Origin: Dehalococcoidia bacterium
GTDB taxonomy: Bacteria; Chloroflexota; Dehalococcoidia; SHYB01
NCBI GenBank assembly: GCA_965219875.1
Contig: CBDCOW010000001.1
Location: 604,062 to 668,061, forward strand
DNA length: 64,000 nt
Direction: 5' to 3'
Position 1 is the stretch's first letter, and each line of letters opens with the position of its first letter. Shown piece by piece: positions 28,088 to 38,119 of this stretch. Made by a program: the position numbers and the translations under genes. Below the pieces are notes generated by a model that saw nothing but the letters and a program-made list of their open reading frames with translations, did no database searches and was not told the origin of the DNA.

Positions 28088-29382
28088 CGGCGCTGCGCTC
28101 TCCGGCAGATGTCCTCGATCTCCTCCTCATTCAGCATAACGGGGAACTTGTTACCCAGGGCGTCGAGACGCTCCTTCATCGCGTCGTAGACCTCCCGGAT
28201 GCGGTCGTCGTCCGTCGGCAGGCCCATCTCCTCGAGTTTCGCCCGCACCGTCTGCGGGCTGAGGAGGCCGTACGTCATCGCCGGCGTGGGGCGCATCCCG
28301 ACGAGGTCCAGATCGTAGGAGCTCAGCTCCAACTCCCGGTAGCTCTTTCCCCGCAGGTAGCCGAGGTAGTGCGGCGGATAGTCGATCAGGCTCATGTGTT
28401 CCCCGGTAATCGGCTGGAAGGGGAGTCGTTGAACGCCCGTGATCCGCTCGACGGTGGCCGAGAGCTCATGCAGCCTGGTCAAGTCGGCGCCCGTTTCGAT
28501 CCCGTAGAGCAACTGCAGGGACACGACGACCTCCTCGAGACTGGCAAAGCCCTGGTCGCCGATCGCGTTGACCGAGACCTGCGGCCATGCGCCCGCGGAC
28601 GTCGCGGCGAGGACCAGCGCCGTCGCCGACCCGAGGTTGTTGCGGGCGTGGAAGTAGATTGGCACGTCCCGCACCAGCCCCGCCCGCATGGTTTTCACGA
28701 GATATCGGGTAGCGTCTGGGGTCGATGCCCCCCTCGAGTCCGCCATCAAGAGGCTCTCGGCGCCGCTATTGAGATAGAAGTTCTGTCGATCGACGACCGT
28801 CTGCATATCCTCGAGGAAGTCGCCGTCGCCGCCGATGTAGACCGAGGAAACGCAGACGCCGAGACCCTTCTTGCTGGCATAGTCGATCGCTTTCGGGAGA
28901 TCGCGCAGGCGCTCATCGGACTCGGGGGCCTCGGCCGTACGACCGAGTTGACTGCGCGCCGGGACTGCCGATAGGCCGAGGGCCTGGGCGCCGCTATCCA
29001 CGATGCGGTCGATCTGCTCCTTATACTCCCCTTCCTGCCAGGTGCCGAACAGGCCCCACACCCGTATCTTGGTCTTGAGCCCCAATGAGGCGACCGCCCG
29101 AAGCCCCTCCCAGACCCGCTGGTCCTTTGCCGTTCCGTATTGGTTGGCTAGGAATACGGTTTCCTGGACGCCGACCGCGTCGAGAAGACGGGCTACCTCC
29201 TGGTACTCCTCCACCGAGTAGAGACGGCTCGCGGGAAGGTGGTCCAGTTTCAGGGGCGTCCAGTCCTGAATGACCAGCGGCTCACGGAAGTCGTACTGTT
29301 CCTGGATCTCGGGAAGGAAGTTATATGGGCTAACCTTGTGAAGATCGCCTTCCCACGGGCTGCCCGTGCCGGAGGCGCTCAT
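28084..29382 (-). CDS. divergent DRE-TIM (HMGL-like) metallolyase, paralogue 1 of 3
   Basis: IYFHARNNLGSATALVLAATSAGAW matches H-x-H...N..G.A HMGL-like metal motif; N-terminal ViQDwT..KlDH in place of canonical RDGEQ. Confidence 0.55.
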   Translation of the reverse strand: MSASGTGSPWEGDLHKVSPYNFLPEIQEQYDFREPLVIQDWTPLKLDHLPASRLYSVEEYQEVARLLDAVGVQETVFLANQYGTAKDQRVWEGLRAVASLGLKTKIRVWGLFGTWQEGEYKEQIDRIVDSGAQALGLSAVPARSQLGRTAEAPESDERLRDLPKAIDYASKKGLGVCVSSVYIGGDGDFLEDMQTVVDRQNFYLNSGAESLLMADSRGASTPDATRYLVKTMRAGLVRDVPIYFHARNNLGSATALVLAATSAGAWPQVSVNAIGDQGFASLEEVVVSLQLLYGIETGADLTRLHELSATVERITGVQRLPFQPITGEHMSLIDYPPHYLGYLRGKSYRELELSSYDLDLVGMRPTPAMTYGLLSPQTVRAKLEEMGLPTDDDRIREVYDAMKERLDALGNKFPVMLNEEEIEDICRRAQRR

Positions 29383-30410
29383 CGTTCCATCGCTCCCGCT
29401 CCGCCAGACGCGGCGTACTGCGGGTTGTTTACCATGTGACAGGCGACGGTATGCGAGCCCTCGGCTCCGACGAGCGGCGGCTCGTCTTCCTCGCAGATCG
29501 CTCGGGCGTAGAGGCAGCGGGTGCGAAACCGGCAGCCCGAGGGTGGATCAATGGGACTGGGGACCTCGCCGGGCAGGATGATCTCCTCGCGATCGATGTC
29601 GGGATGGGAGGGAAGTGCCGCCGAGAGGAGGGCCTGGGTGTAGGGGTGAAGCGGGCTCTCGAAGAGGGTCTCCGTCTCGGCTTGCTCGACGATCTTTCCC
29701 AGGTACATCACCGCGATCTTCATCGTCATGTACCGCACGGTGGCTAGGTCATGGGCTATGAGCAGATACGTCAGCCCCAGGCTCTCCTGGAGGTCTTTGA
29801 AGAGGTTCATGACCTGGGCCCGGATGGAGACATCCAGTGACGATACCGGCTCGTCAAGGATGATGACGCTCGGGTTGAGTGCCAGGGCCCGGGCCAGCGC
29901 AAGGCGTTGCCGCTGGCCGCCGCTGAACTCGTGGGGATACTGGGAGGCGACGCTAGGGGCCAACCCCACCTGCTCGAAGACCCACTTCACTCTGGCATCG
30001 ATCTCCTGGGCGGAGCCGAAGCCGTTGATCACCAGCGGCTCAGCGACGATGGAGCCCACCCGCATCCTCGGATTGAGCGAGCTGTACGGGTCCTGGAAGA
30101 CCGCCTGGAAGTTCGCGCGGTAGTCTCTGAGCTGCTTCCCGCGGAGGCTTCGGACGTCCCGGCCCCGGAATATGATCGTTCCGGCCGTCGGCTCTTCGAG
30201 GAGGAGGATCAGCCGGCCCGTCGTCGTCTTGCCGCACCCCGACTCGCCAACAAGACCCCACGTATCGCCCTCCTCCACGGAGAACGAGATGTCGTCGACG
30301 GCCTTGACCCAACTATTCGGCGCAAGGAACGGGATGCTCCTCCCTACGGGGAAGTGCTTTTTGAGGTGCTGGACCTCCAGGATTGTCTCAGTCACGTTTC
30401 TCCTCGACAT
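29379..30410 (-). CDS. ABC transporter ATP-binding protein (DppF/OppF-like)
   Basis: Walker [10 protein letters not shown], signature LSGGQRQR, Walker B ILDEP. Confidence 0.8.
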   Translation of the reverse strand: MSRRNVTETILEVQHLKKHFPVGRSIPFLAPNSWVKAVDDISFSVEEGDTWGLVGESGCGKTTTGRLILLLEEPTAGTIIFRGRDVRSLRGKQLRDYRANFQAVFQDPYSSLNPRMRVGSIVAEPLVINGFGSAQEIDARVKWVFEQVGLAPSVASQYPHEFSGGQRQRLALARALALNPSVIILDEPVSSLDVSIRAQVMNLFKDLQESLGLTYLLIAHDLATVRYMTMKIAVMYLGKIVEQAETETLFESPLHPYTQALLSAALPSHPDIDREEIILPGEVPSPIDPPSGCRFRTRCLYARAICEEDEPPLVGAEGSHTVACHMVNNPQYAASGGAGAMER

Positions 30411-31377
30411 GGAGCCAGCAGCTGGCTGTGTGCTCCCGTCCAACCGCTGCCGCGGGCGGGAACTCCTTCCAACAGACATCCATCACGTGCGGGCAACGCG
30501 GGGCGAACGTGCACCCTGCCGGCAGGTCCAGAAGCGATGGCGGCTGTCCCTGGATGGAATGGAGACGATCGACTTTCTGCTCCATCTTGGGCACGGAGTT
30601 CAGCAGGGCCTGGGTGTAGGGATGGCTGGGGCTATTGAAGATTTCGCGGACAGGGCCGGCCTCGACGATCTTGCCGGCGTACATCACCGCGACCTTGTGA
30701 CACATCTTGGCCACGATACCGAAATCGTGCGTGACGAAGATGATGGAGGTGCCCGTTTCCTGTTGCAGCTCGTTGAGCAGCCTCAGGTACTGGGCCTGGA
30801 TCGTGACGTCGAGGGAGGTGGTGGGCTCGTCGGCGATGATGAGCTGTGGCTCGTTGGCGAGGGAAAGCGCCCCAACCAGGCGCTGACGGATGCCCCCACT
30901 CATCTGGTGTGGGAACTGCCCCGCCCGAACCTCCGGGGATGAGATTTTTACCATACGGATCAGGTCCTGCACCCGTCCCTTCACCGCGGACCCGGAAAGC
31001 TTCTGATGGGTGGTAAGAGCCTCTCCCAACTGGTCGCCAATGGTGAAGACGGGATTGAGTGACGTCATCGGGTCCTGCAGGATCATGGCGATCTGCTGCC
31101 CCCGAACCCGGCGCATCTCTTCATCCGTGAGCTTGAGGAGATCCCGGCCGTCGAAGATGACCTCGCCGCCGACGATTGTCCCAGCCGGCTTGGGGACGAC
31201 TCGAAGAATCGAGAGGCAAGTGATGCTCTTGCCACAGCCCGACTCCCCAACCAGTCCGAGGGTCTCCCCACGATTGAGGGTGAAGCTCACCCCATCGACG
31301 GCTTTGACGATCCCCCGCCGAACGAAGAAATGGGTACGGAGGTCCCGCACCTCCAGGAGGGGTTGAGCCGTCTCCAT
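30388..31377 (-). CDS. ABC transporter ATP-binding protein (DppD/OppD-like)
   Basis: Walker A GESGCGKS, signature MSGGIRQR; C-terminal oligopeptide-type extension. Confidence 0.8.
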   Translation of the reverse strand: METAQPLLEVRDLRTHFFVRRGIVKAVDGVSFTLNRGETLGLVGESGCGKSITCLSILRVVPKPAGTIVGGEVIFDGRDLLKLTDEEMRRVRGQQIAMILQDPMTSLNPVFTIGDQLGEALTTHQKLSGSAVKGRVQDLIRMVKISSPEVRAGQFPHQMSGGIRQRLVGALSLANEPQLIIADEPTTSLDVTIQAQYLRLLNELQQETGTSIIFVTHDFGIVAKMCHKVAVMYAGKIVEAGPVREIFNSPSHPYTQALLNSVPKMEQKVDRLHSIQGQPPSLLDLPAGCTFAPRCPHVMDVCWKEFPPAAAVGREHTASCWLHVEEKRD

Positions 31378-31390
31378 CACTTGCCCCGCA

Positions 31391-31852
31391 TCAAGCGTCC
31401 CCTGCACCGCGGACCGCCGTCGCCGGCATGCTTGCATGCCGCGACACCACCTGCCACCGGCCGCCCCGCTTGATCCACACGTCGGTCAAGAGGAACGTCA
31501 CCTGGTGAATATCGGGCCCGGTATCGCTCTGACTATGCTCTTCCACCGACCCTCCGTAGATCCGGGCCAGCAGATCGCCGGTTGTCTCCTCCGTGTACTG
31601 CCACACCACCACAGCCGCGTCGGGGAACACCCGTACCTGCATGTCGCCGTACTCGAAGGACTTCGGCGCGTAGCGGGCCATCGACCCATCGATCCACTCT
31701 CGCTTCGACTCTCGAAGTCCCTTGCCGGCGGTGGTGATGACGAAGTCATCGGCGACGAACCGGTCGAGGGCCGCTTCGTCGTGGCTAAGCCAAGCCTCGA
31801 TCCAGTCCGTTTGCATCTGGATGATGGTCTGCGCTGTGTCGGCCTGAGTCAT
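31391..31852 (-). CDS. NTF2-like/SnoaL-like (DUF4440-type) protein
   Basis: 153 aa; ATG at 31852. Confidence 0.5.
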   Translation of the reverse strand: MTQADTAQTIIQMQTDWIEAWLSHDEAALDRFVADDFVITTAGKGLRESKREWIDGSMARYAPKSFEYGDMQVRVFPDAAVVVWQYTEETTGDLLARIYGGSVEEHSQSDTGPDIHQVTFLLTDVWIKRGGRWQVVSRHASMPATAVRGAGDA

Positions 31853-31866
31853 CGGCGAGCCTCTTG

Positions 31867-32670
31867 TTACGGCTGGTACACACCACTGATGCACAGGGTG
31901 CCCGCGTCCACCGGGAGCGACACGCCGGTGATCCACCTGGCCTCGTCGCTGGCGAGGAAGAGGGCCGCCCAAGCGATGTCCCAGGCTGTCCCCGGGGTCC
32001 CGAGGGGCGTCATCTGGGCGCGGGCCGCCATCGCCTCGTCGCTCAGGTCCAGGTTGACTGCCGCCATCGGCGTGTTGATCTGGCCGGGCAAGATACAGTT
32101 CACGCGGACGCCTTCCCGGGCGTGGGCCAGGGCCATGGACATCGTCAGACCGACGACGCCTATCTTCGATACCGAGTACGCCAGCGCTCCTGGAGGGCTC
32201 GCTCGCCACGCGGCCAGGGACGAGATGTTGACGATGGCGCCGCCGCCACCTTCGATCATCTTCGGGATCGCGTACTTGCTCGTGAGCATCATGCTCTTCA
32301 AATTCACGTCCATCGTCCGGTCCCAGGTCTCCTCACTGACCTCGACGGCGGTGCCCCATCCCGCGATTCCCACGTTGTTGACGAGGATGTCGAACCGTCC
32401 GAACCGACCGGCCGCGGCCTCGACCATGCGGCGGCAGCCGTCGCCGGAGCTCACGTCCGCCTCGAAGGTCGCCGCCTCGCCGCCCTCGTCGCGGATCATC
32501 GTCAGGGTCTCTTCGGCCCGCTCGGCGAGCTGGTCCACCAGAAGCACCCGAGCGCCCTCTCGGGCGAATAAGACAGCTATCGCCTTGCCGGTCCCGACAC
32601 CGGGACCGCTGGACCCGGCGCCGGTAACCAGGGCGACCTTTCCTTCCAGTCTTGGGCGACCCTGGTCCAT
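31867..32670 (-). CDS. SDR-family oxidoreductase
   Basis: VTGAGSSGPGVG motif, YxxxK. Confidence 0.8.
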   Translation of the reverse strand: MDQGRPRLEGKVALVTGAGSSGPGVGTGKAIAVLFAREGARVLLVDQLAERAEETLTMIRDEGGEAATFEADVSSGDGCRRMVEAAAGRFGRFDILVNNVGIAGWGTAVEVSEETWDRTMDVNLKSMMLTSKYAIPKMIEGGGGAIVNISSLAAWRASPPGALAYSVSKIGVVGLTMSMALAHAREGVRVNCILPGQINTPMAAVNLDLSDEAMAARAQMTPLGTPGTAWDIAWAALFLASDEARWITGVSLPVDAGTLCISGVYQP

Positions 32671-32860
32671 CCTGCTCCCGTCGTGACCTCGGGCTGAAGT
32701 TACCCGCACGCCACCCGGCTGTCAATTCCGGACAGCATGCTGGCCCCGCGTACGTTGACAGCGGCCAACGTGGAACCTAGCCTTGGGCCACCCCACCACG
32801 GGCTCCTTGTAGCGCCCTCTGGCCCGAGTTGGGATTGTCGCAAGGGAGAGGAGAACCGCT

Positions 32861-34168
32861 ATGGCCCAGAACGACACTCCTTGGGAGACAGACCTCTTCA
32901 AGGTCAGCCCGTTCAACTATGTACCGGAGGTGCGGGCGCAGTACAACTTTCGCGAGCCCATGGTCGTCCAGGACTTCACCTTCGCCAAGATGGATCACCT
33001 GGAGGCGACACGCCTGTACTCGCTCGAGGAGTACCAGGAGCTAGCGACGCTCATGGACGACATCGGCGTGAAGGAGACGGTCTTCATGACCTCTCACCAC
33101 GCCGGGACCCCCAAAGACGTGCGCGCCATGGAGGGGCTTCGGGCCGTCAGCAAGCTGGGCCTCAAGAACCTCAAGATACGAGTGTGGGGATGGTTCAACG
33201 CCTGGGATGCGGGAGAATACAAGGACCGAATCGACATGATGGCGGATACCGGAGCCCACTCCATGGGGCTGTCCGCTCTGCCGCCCCACATCCTCGACCA
33301 GTTTCGGCTGGCGAAGGCCGGGCCCGACTTCGACGAGCGCATTCGCGAGCTGCCGGACGCGATCGCCTACGCGAGAAAGAAGGGGCTCGACGTCTGCATC
33401 TCCTCCGCTCACGCCGGCCGGGTTGAGTTGCCGACGATCATCGAACGGGCCAACTTCTACATCGAGCAGGGAGCCACCAGCCTTCTCATGGCGGACTCAA
33501 AGGGCGTGGCGACGCCCGAGGCGACGAGATACTTCCTCACAAACGTCCGCGCGGGGCTGAAGGAAGACGTTCCGATCTACTACCACGTGCACGACAACTT
33601 TGGGACCGGGACCGCGCTCGCGCTCGCGGCCGCGACCGCGGGTGCCTGGCCGCAGGCGACGGTCAACGGGATCGCCGACCGGGGCTTCGCGGCGTTGGAA
33701 GAGGTCGTGATGTCGCTGGAGCTGCTCTACGGAGTCCGCACCGGCATCGACGTGAAAAAGCTGCAGCGGCTGTCGCGGACCATGGAGAGAATCATCGGGA
33801 TAAGCAATCCGCCGTACAAGGCCATCACGGGAGACTTCGTGAACATTCCAAGCCTGGTCCCCGGATACATTGGGGCGCTCCAGGGCAAGGGCTTTCTCGA
33901 GCTCGAACTCATGACCCCCTATGAGCTCGAGCTGGTCGGGCAGTACCCCCAGATGGTGATGACGTACAACATTCTCTGTAACGAGACGGTACAGGCCAAG
34001 CTGGAACAGATGGGTCTTCCCACCGGGCAGCGTGAGGTAGAGGAAGTCAAAGCAGCCCTCAGGCAACGGCTCGACGCCCAGGGCAACCTCTTTCCCGTGA
34101 TGCTCAACGACACGGAGGTCGAAGAGGTCTGCCGGGAACAGGTCGCGGCCATGGGCGCTGGGGCGTAG
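32861..34168 (+). CDS. divergent DRE-TIM (HMGL-like) metallolyase, paralogue 2 of 3
   Basis: IYYHVHDNFGTGTALALAAATAGAW; collinear with the paralogues at 28084..29382 and 46028..47323. Confidence 0.55.
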   Translation: MAQNDTPWETDLFKVSPFNYVPEVRAQYNFREPMVVQDFTFAKMDHLEATRLYSLEEYQELATLMDDIGVKETVFMTSHHAGTPKDVRAMEGLRAVSKLGLKNLKIRVWGWFNAWDAGEYKDRIDMMADTGAHSMGLSALPPHILDQFRLAKAGPDFDERIRELPDAIAYARKKGLDVCISSAHAGRVELPTIIERANFYIEQGATSLLMADSKGVATPEATRYFLTNVRAGLKEDVPIYYHVHDNFGTGTALALAAATAGAWPQATVNGIADRGFAALEEVVMSLELLYGVRTGIDVKKLQRLSRTMERIIGISNPPYKAITGDFVNIPSLVPGYIGALQGKGFLELELMTPYELELVGQYPQMVMTYNILCNETVQAKLEQMGLPTGQREVEEVKAALRQRLDAQGNLFPVMLNDTEVEEVCREQVAAMGAGA

Positions 34169-34413
34169 CCCCGTCGGCCCCACCGTGCTGCAGGCAATCT
34201 GCCCGTCGGCCTGGTCCGCTGACCTATCGTGCCCACCGTCGCGCGGTGTCCGACACGCAACAGAGTGCCAACTTGACAGGATAGAGAAGGAAACGTATAT
34301 TCTGCCGATTCACTTGAAGCCCGCCAGACTGCCATGATCCGGGGCTTTGCAGACGTATCGATCCGCCTGGCAGAGAAGCTGAAGAGAACGCCGTAGGGAC
34401 AAGGAGACGAGCC

Positions 34414-36222
34414 ATGCGATTCGGTCCCAAGATGTTGTTTGGTATCGTTGCGGGGCTCGCCGTCGTGGCCCTCGTGGTGGCCGCGTGCGGGGGGGCGCAA
34501 GGACCGCCCGGGCCGGCAGGGCCGGCAGGCGCTCAAGGCCCAGCGGGCGCCGAAGGCCCGGCGGGCGCCGAAGGCCCGGCGGGCGCTCAAGGCCCGGCGG
34601 CGGGTGTGGCTCCGGCTCCCACGGCCATGCCGGCGCCGACGGCCGCTCCCACGGCCATGCCGGCGCCGACGGCAACGCCCAGGCCGGCTCCGACGGCCGC
34701 TCCCACGGCCATGCCGGCGCCCTCGGGGAATGTCGCCATTGCCGTGCCTTCCTTCGGCAAGGAGAACCTGGACAAATCGCAGTCCGGCGGTCTCGAGCTG
34801 ATCTTCGTCGCAGCGCTGTTGGACTACTTCATCGGCGCTGATGAGACGGGCCAGCTTGACTTCAGTCTCGGCATCCTGGAAAGCCTCGAGACACCTGACG
34901 GCAAAGTCTATACGTTCAATCTCAAACCGGGTGCCAAGTGGCACGACGGCGAGACGATAGATGCCGCCGACGTGGTCTTTACCATGAGCCACTACAACAG
35001 GGAGGAGAGCTCTTGCGTCTCCTGTGGCTTGGTCAGAAGCGCCTTGGACCGGGTTGAGATCGTCGACGACACGACGGCCACGGTCCACCTCAAAGACACG
35101 AACATCTCGTTCATTCCCAGCCTCGGGGCCCTCGAGGGAGACCTGCTGCTGCTGCCGGAGCACCACTTCGCCAAGGTCGGAATCGAAGGTGGCTTCGAGG
35201 ACGATCCTCTAGGGAGCGGCCCCTTCAAGTTCGTGGACCGCAACATCGGTGAGTTCATCGAGTTCGAAGCCAATCTCGACTACTGGGATGCGGGCCGCGT
35301 GCCTTCCTTCGCCGGCCTTAGAATGGTCGTGGCCCCCGAAGCCAACACAAGGGTCGCGCTCATACGGAACGGGCAGGCGGACTTGGCGGAGGTGGACAAC
35401 GCGTCCGTGAACGGGCTGGCGGCGGACGGCTTCCGCATCAGCGGCCCCGACAGCGTGGGCTCCGCGATGCTCCAGTTCCTGCGGAGCTACGAGCCCGACC
35501 AACTGACGAACAAGCTGGACTTCCGGAAGGCCCTCATCCTCTCGGTGGACTGGGCGGCGATCTCCGGGGCGTTCTACGCGACTGGAGAAGAGGCTCGGCC
35601 GCTGGGCACGGCTCTCTTTACGCCGGTTGCTCTGGGCTATGACCCCTCGCTTCCGCCCTACGAGTTCGACCAGGACGAGGCGAGGAGACTCCTGGCCTCC
35701 TCAGGATACGCAGGTGAGACCGTGGTCCTCTGGAGTTGGGCGACCACCGGCAACCCATCTGGGCTGGACGTACCCCAGGCGGTTACCAGCGCCTGGCGGG
35801 ACATCGGCATCAACACGGAGATCATCCCCGTCGATCAGGGAGTCTTTATCTCCAAGGTCCGGGCGGACCCACAGGACTTCGATGCCGAAGTGTCTGTGAC
35901 CCTCGTGTCGCCGTCCTCCAGGCCGTCGATGCTCACCAACATCCGCATCTTCATGAACGGTCGTGAGGCGGGTGGCCTGGTAGAGGGCTTCTACGACAAG
36001 GAATTCATCAACAGCGCCTACGGCGAACTGATCGCTATCACGGACATTAACGAACGCGAGCAGCGACTACGGGCGCTTAACCGACAACTGCATGAGACGT
36101 ATTGGGCTGCTCCTATCTCGATACGCATTGTGCCGTACGCGGTGGGCGAGCGGATCGACAGTTGGACGCCTGGCCCTGGGGCGCCCACGAACCTTCGCCT
36201 GGAGACCATTACCCTCAAGTAA
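34414..36222 (+). CDS. ABC transporter substrate-binding lipoprotein (family 5, DppA/OppA-like) with collagen-like (GPAGAQ/GPAGAE) and APTAMPAPTA-repeat linker
   Basis: signal peptide + lipobox VAAC; G-X-Y triplets x9 then 10-aa Pro/Ala/Thr repeats; SBP_bac_5-like C-terminal body. Confidence 0.8.
   Translation: MRFGPKMLFGIVAGLAVVALVVAACGGAQGPPGPAGPAGAQGPAGAEGPAGAEGPAGAQGPAAGVAPAPTAMPAPTAAPTAMPAPTATPRPAPTAAPTAMPAPSGNVAIAVPSFGKENLDKSQSGGLELIFVAALLDYFIGADETGQLDFSLGILESLETPDGKVYTFNLKPGAKWHDGETIDAADVVFTMSHYNREESSCVSCGLVRSALDRVEIVDDTTATVHLKDTNISFIPSLGALEGDLLLLPEHHFAKVGIEGGFEDDPLGSGPFKFVDRNIGEFIEFEANLDYWDAGRVPSFAGLRMVVAPEANTRVALIRNGQADLAEVDNASVNGLAADGFRISGPDSVGSAMLQFLRSYEPDQLTNKLDFRKALILSVDWAAISGAFYATGEEARPLGTALFTPVALGYDPSLPPYEFDQDEARRLLASSGYAGETVVLWSWATTGNPSGLDVPQAVTSAWRDIGINTEIIPVDQGVFISKVRADPQDFDAEVSVTLVSPSSRPSMLTNIRIFMNGREAGGLVEGFYDKEFINSAYGELIAITDINEREQRLRALNRQLHETYWAAPISIRIVPYAVGERIDSWTPGPGAPTNLRLETITLK
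34490..34745 (+). repeat. in-frame tandem DNA repeats encoding the collagen-like and PT-rich linker of the SBP
   Basis: near-identical units (GGCCCGGCGGGCGCCGAAGGC; GCTCCCACGGCCATGCCGGCGCCGACGGC) read directly. Confidence 0.6.
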
Positions 36223-36366
36223 CCCTGCCCCGCGAGGCAGTGGGCGAACGTTGACTGCGTGCTGAGACGGAGCTTAGTCTGGGCAGCGCCCGCTACGGGC
36301 GCTGCCCAGTAACGTTACAGGCCCGGGTGCTTCGGTCTCGCTTGTCCGTCGCGCCCGGAAGGAGGA

Positions 36367-38076
36367 GTGTGCTCCGTGGTCCAAATGCGGGCCGGTGAAG
36401 CGGTCGTCGAAGCCCTGCGCGCCGAAGGAGTGACCCATGCATTCGGGGTCGTCGGCTCGAGCTACATCGAGGTGCTCGACGCGCTGTACGGTCGTTCTGA
36501 CATCGACTTCATCGGTACCCGGCACGAGCAGGGGGCCTCATTCATGGCCCTTGGCTATGCCCGAGCCACCGGGCGTCCCGGCGTCTGTATGGCTACCAAT
36601 GGGCCGGGGGCCGTCAACCTCGTTACGGGTATCGCGGGCGCTCACTTAGCGCCCGCGCCGGTGATCGCGGTTACCGGGGCCGTCATGGTCGAGCATATTG
36701 GCCGTGGCGCCATCCAGGAGATCGATCAGGTAGCGCTGCTGCGACCCATCACCAAGGCCGCCATACAGCTAAGCAAGGCGGAACGCATCCCAGAGGTCTT
36801 CCGGCGGGCCTTCAGCATCGCGATGTCTGGAAGAAAAGGCCCCGTGCTCGTCGACCTCCCTCGCGACCTCCTGAACCCGCAGGCGCTCGAAGTCGACCTC
36901 TGGCCCCCCGAGCGTTACCGGCCGTCGCAGCGGATAGCCCCGGAGCCGGAGCTCGTGCGACAGGCCGTCGAGGTCCTGTCGCGGGCCCAATTCCCCGTCC
37001 TCGTCGCAGGGGGCGGCGTTATCGAGGCCGACTGCGCGGCCGACACGGTCCGCCTCGCCGAAATGCTCTCGATGCCCATGACGACGTCCTACGCCAGGGG
37101 CGACGCCGTCCCGAACGACCACCCGCTCTACATTGGCCCGCTGGGCCGGGGCGGCGCCGAAGAGGCCTTTGAGACAGTCCGCAAGGCGGACGCAATCCTG
37201 GCCCTCGGGACCCGGCTCGGACATTTCACGATGTGGCTCGACAATCGATATGTCCCGGCGGACGCGAAGATCGTGCAGGTAGAGCTCGATAGCAACGAGA
37301 TCGGCCGGCACTATCCCGTGAGTGTAGGCCTGCTTGCCGACGCCGGCGTGGCGGCCCGCATGATGGTGAAGGCTCTCGAGGCGGGACCCCAAGAGTTCCC
37401 CGGGACCGAGCAGCGGTTGTCCTGGGCGGGCGACATGCGGGCGGCGCGAGCCCAGCGGCTGGAACGGGCCTTCGACCTCCCCGACACTCCCATCAACCCG
37501 CAGCGGGTCTACGCCGAACTCCGGAGCTGGCTGCCTAAGGAAACGATCGTGGTGCTCGACGCCGGCACCAACTCTCACTACGGCTATGACGGCCTCAACT
37601 TCAACGAAACAAGGACCCAGATCACGCCGGCGGATTTCGCCTGCGTCGGCTCCGGCTACCCGTCGGCCCTGGGGGCCAAGGTAGGCTGTCCTGATAGGCC
37701 CGTGCTGTCTATCAACGGCGACGGGGGCTTCTTCATGAACATACAGGAGCTCGAGACCGCGGTGCGCCACGACATCGGGGTGGTGGCGGTGGTGATGAAC
37801 AACAACAGCTGGGGCGCGGAGAAGGCGTATCAGAAGTTCCTCTATGACGAGCGTTACCTGGAAGCCGATATCGGCAATCCTCGGTTCGACAAAGTCGCGG
37901 AGCTTTGCGGCGCGCGTGGGATGTACGTCGATCGACCTCAAGACATCACCCCGGCCATCCGCGAGGCCCTCGATTCGGGGAAGCCAACGGTAATAGAGAT
38001 CCCCGTGGACCCCGATGAGCTCTCCTACCCCGTCCGAGCTGGGGATGTGCTCAAGGACCGCGCTGCCAACCGCTAG
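36367..38076 (+). CDS. thiamine-pyrophosphate-dependent enzyme (acetolactate synthase/benzoylformate decarboxylase-like); likely start 36385
   Basis: TPP N-, central and C-terminal domains; GDGGF TPP-binding motif. Confidence 0.8.
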   Translation: MCSVVQMRAGEAVVEALRAEGVTHAFGVVGSSYIEVLDALYGRSDIDFIGTRHEQGASFMALGYARATGRPGVCMATNGPGAVNLVTGIAGAHLAPAPVIAVTGAVMVEHIGRGAIQEIDQVALLRPITKAAIQLSKAERIPEVFRRAFSIAMSGRKGPVLVDLPRDLLNPQALEVDLWPPERYRPSQRIAPEPELVRQAVEVLSRAQFPVLVAGGGVIEADCAADTVRLAEMLSMPMTTSYARGDAVPNDHPLYIGPLGRGGAEEAFETVRKADAILALGTRLGHFTMWLDNRYVPADAKIVQVELDSNEIGRHYPVSVGLLADAGVAARMMVKALEAGPQEFPGTEQRLSWAGDMRAARAQRLERAFDLPDTPINPQRVYAELRSWLPKETIVVLDAGTNSHYGYDGLNFNETRTQITPADFACVGSGYPSALGAKVGCPDRPVLSINGDGGFFMNIQELETAVRHDIGVVAVVMNNNSWGAEKAYQKFLYDERYLEADIGNPRFDKVAELCGARGMYVDRPQDITPAIREALDSGKPTVIEIPVDPDELSYPVRAGDVLKDRAANR

Positions 38077-38119
38077 AGACGAGACCCGACCAAACAGCTC
38101 GTCTTTGACGAGAGAGCCG

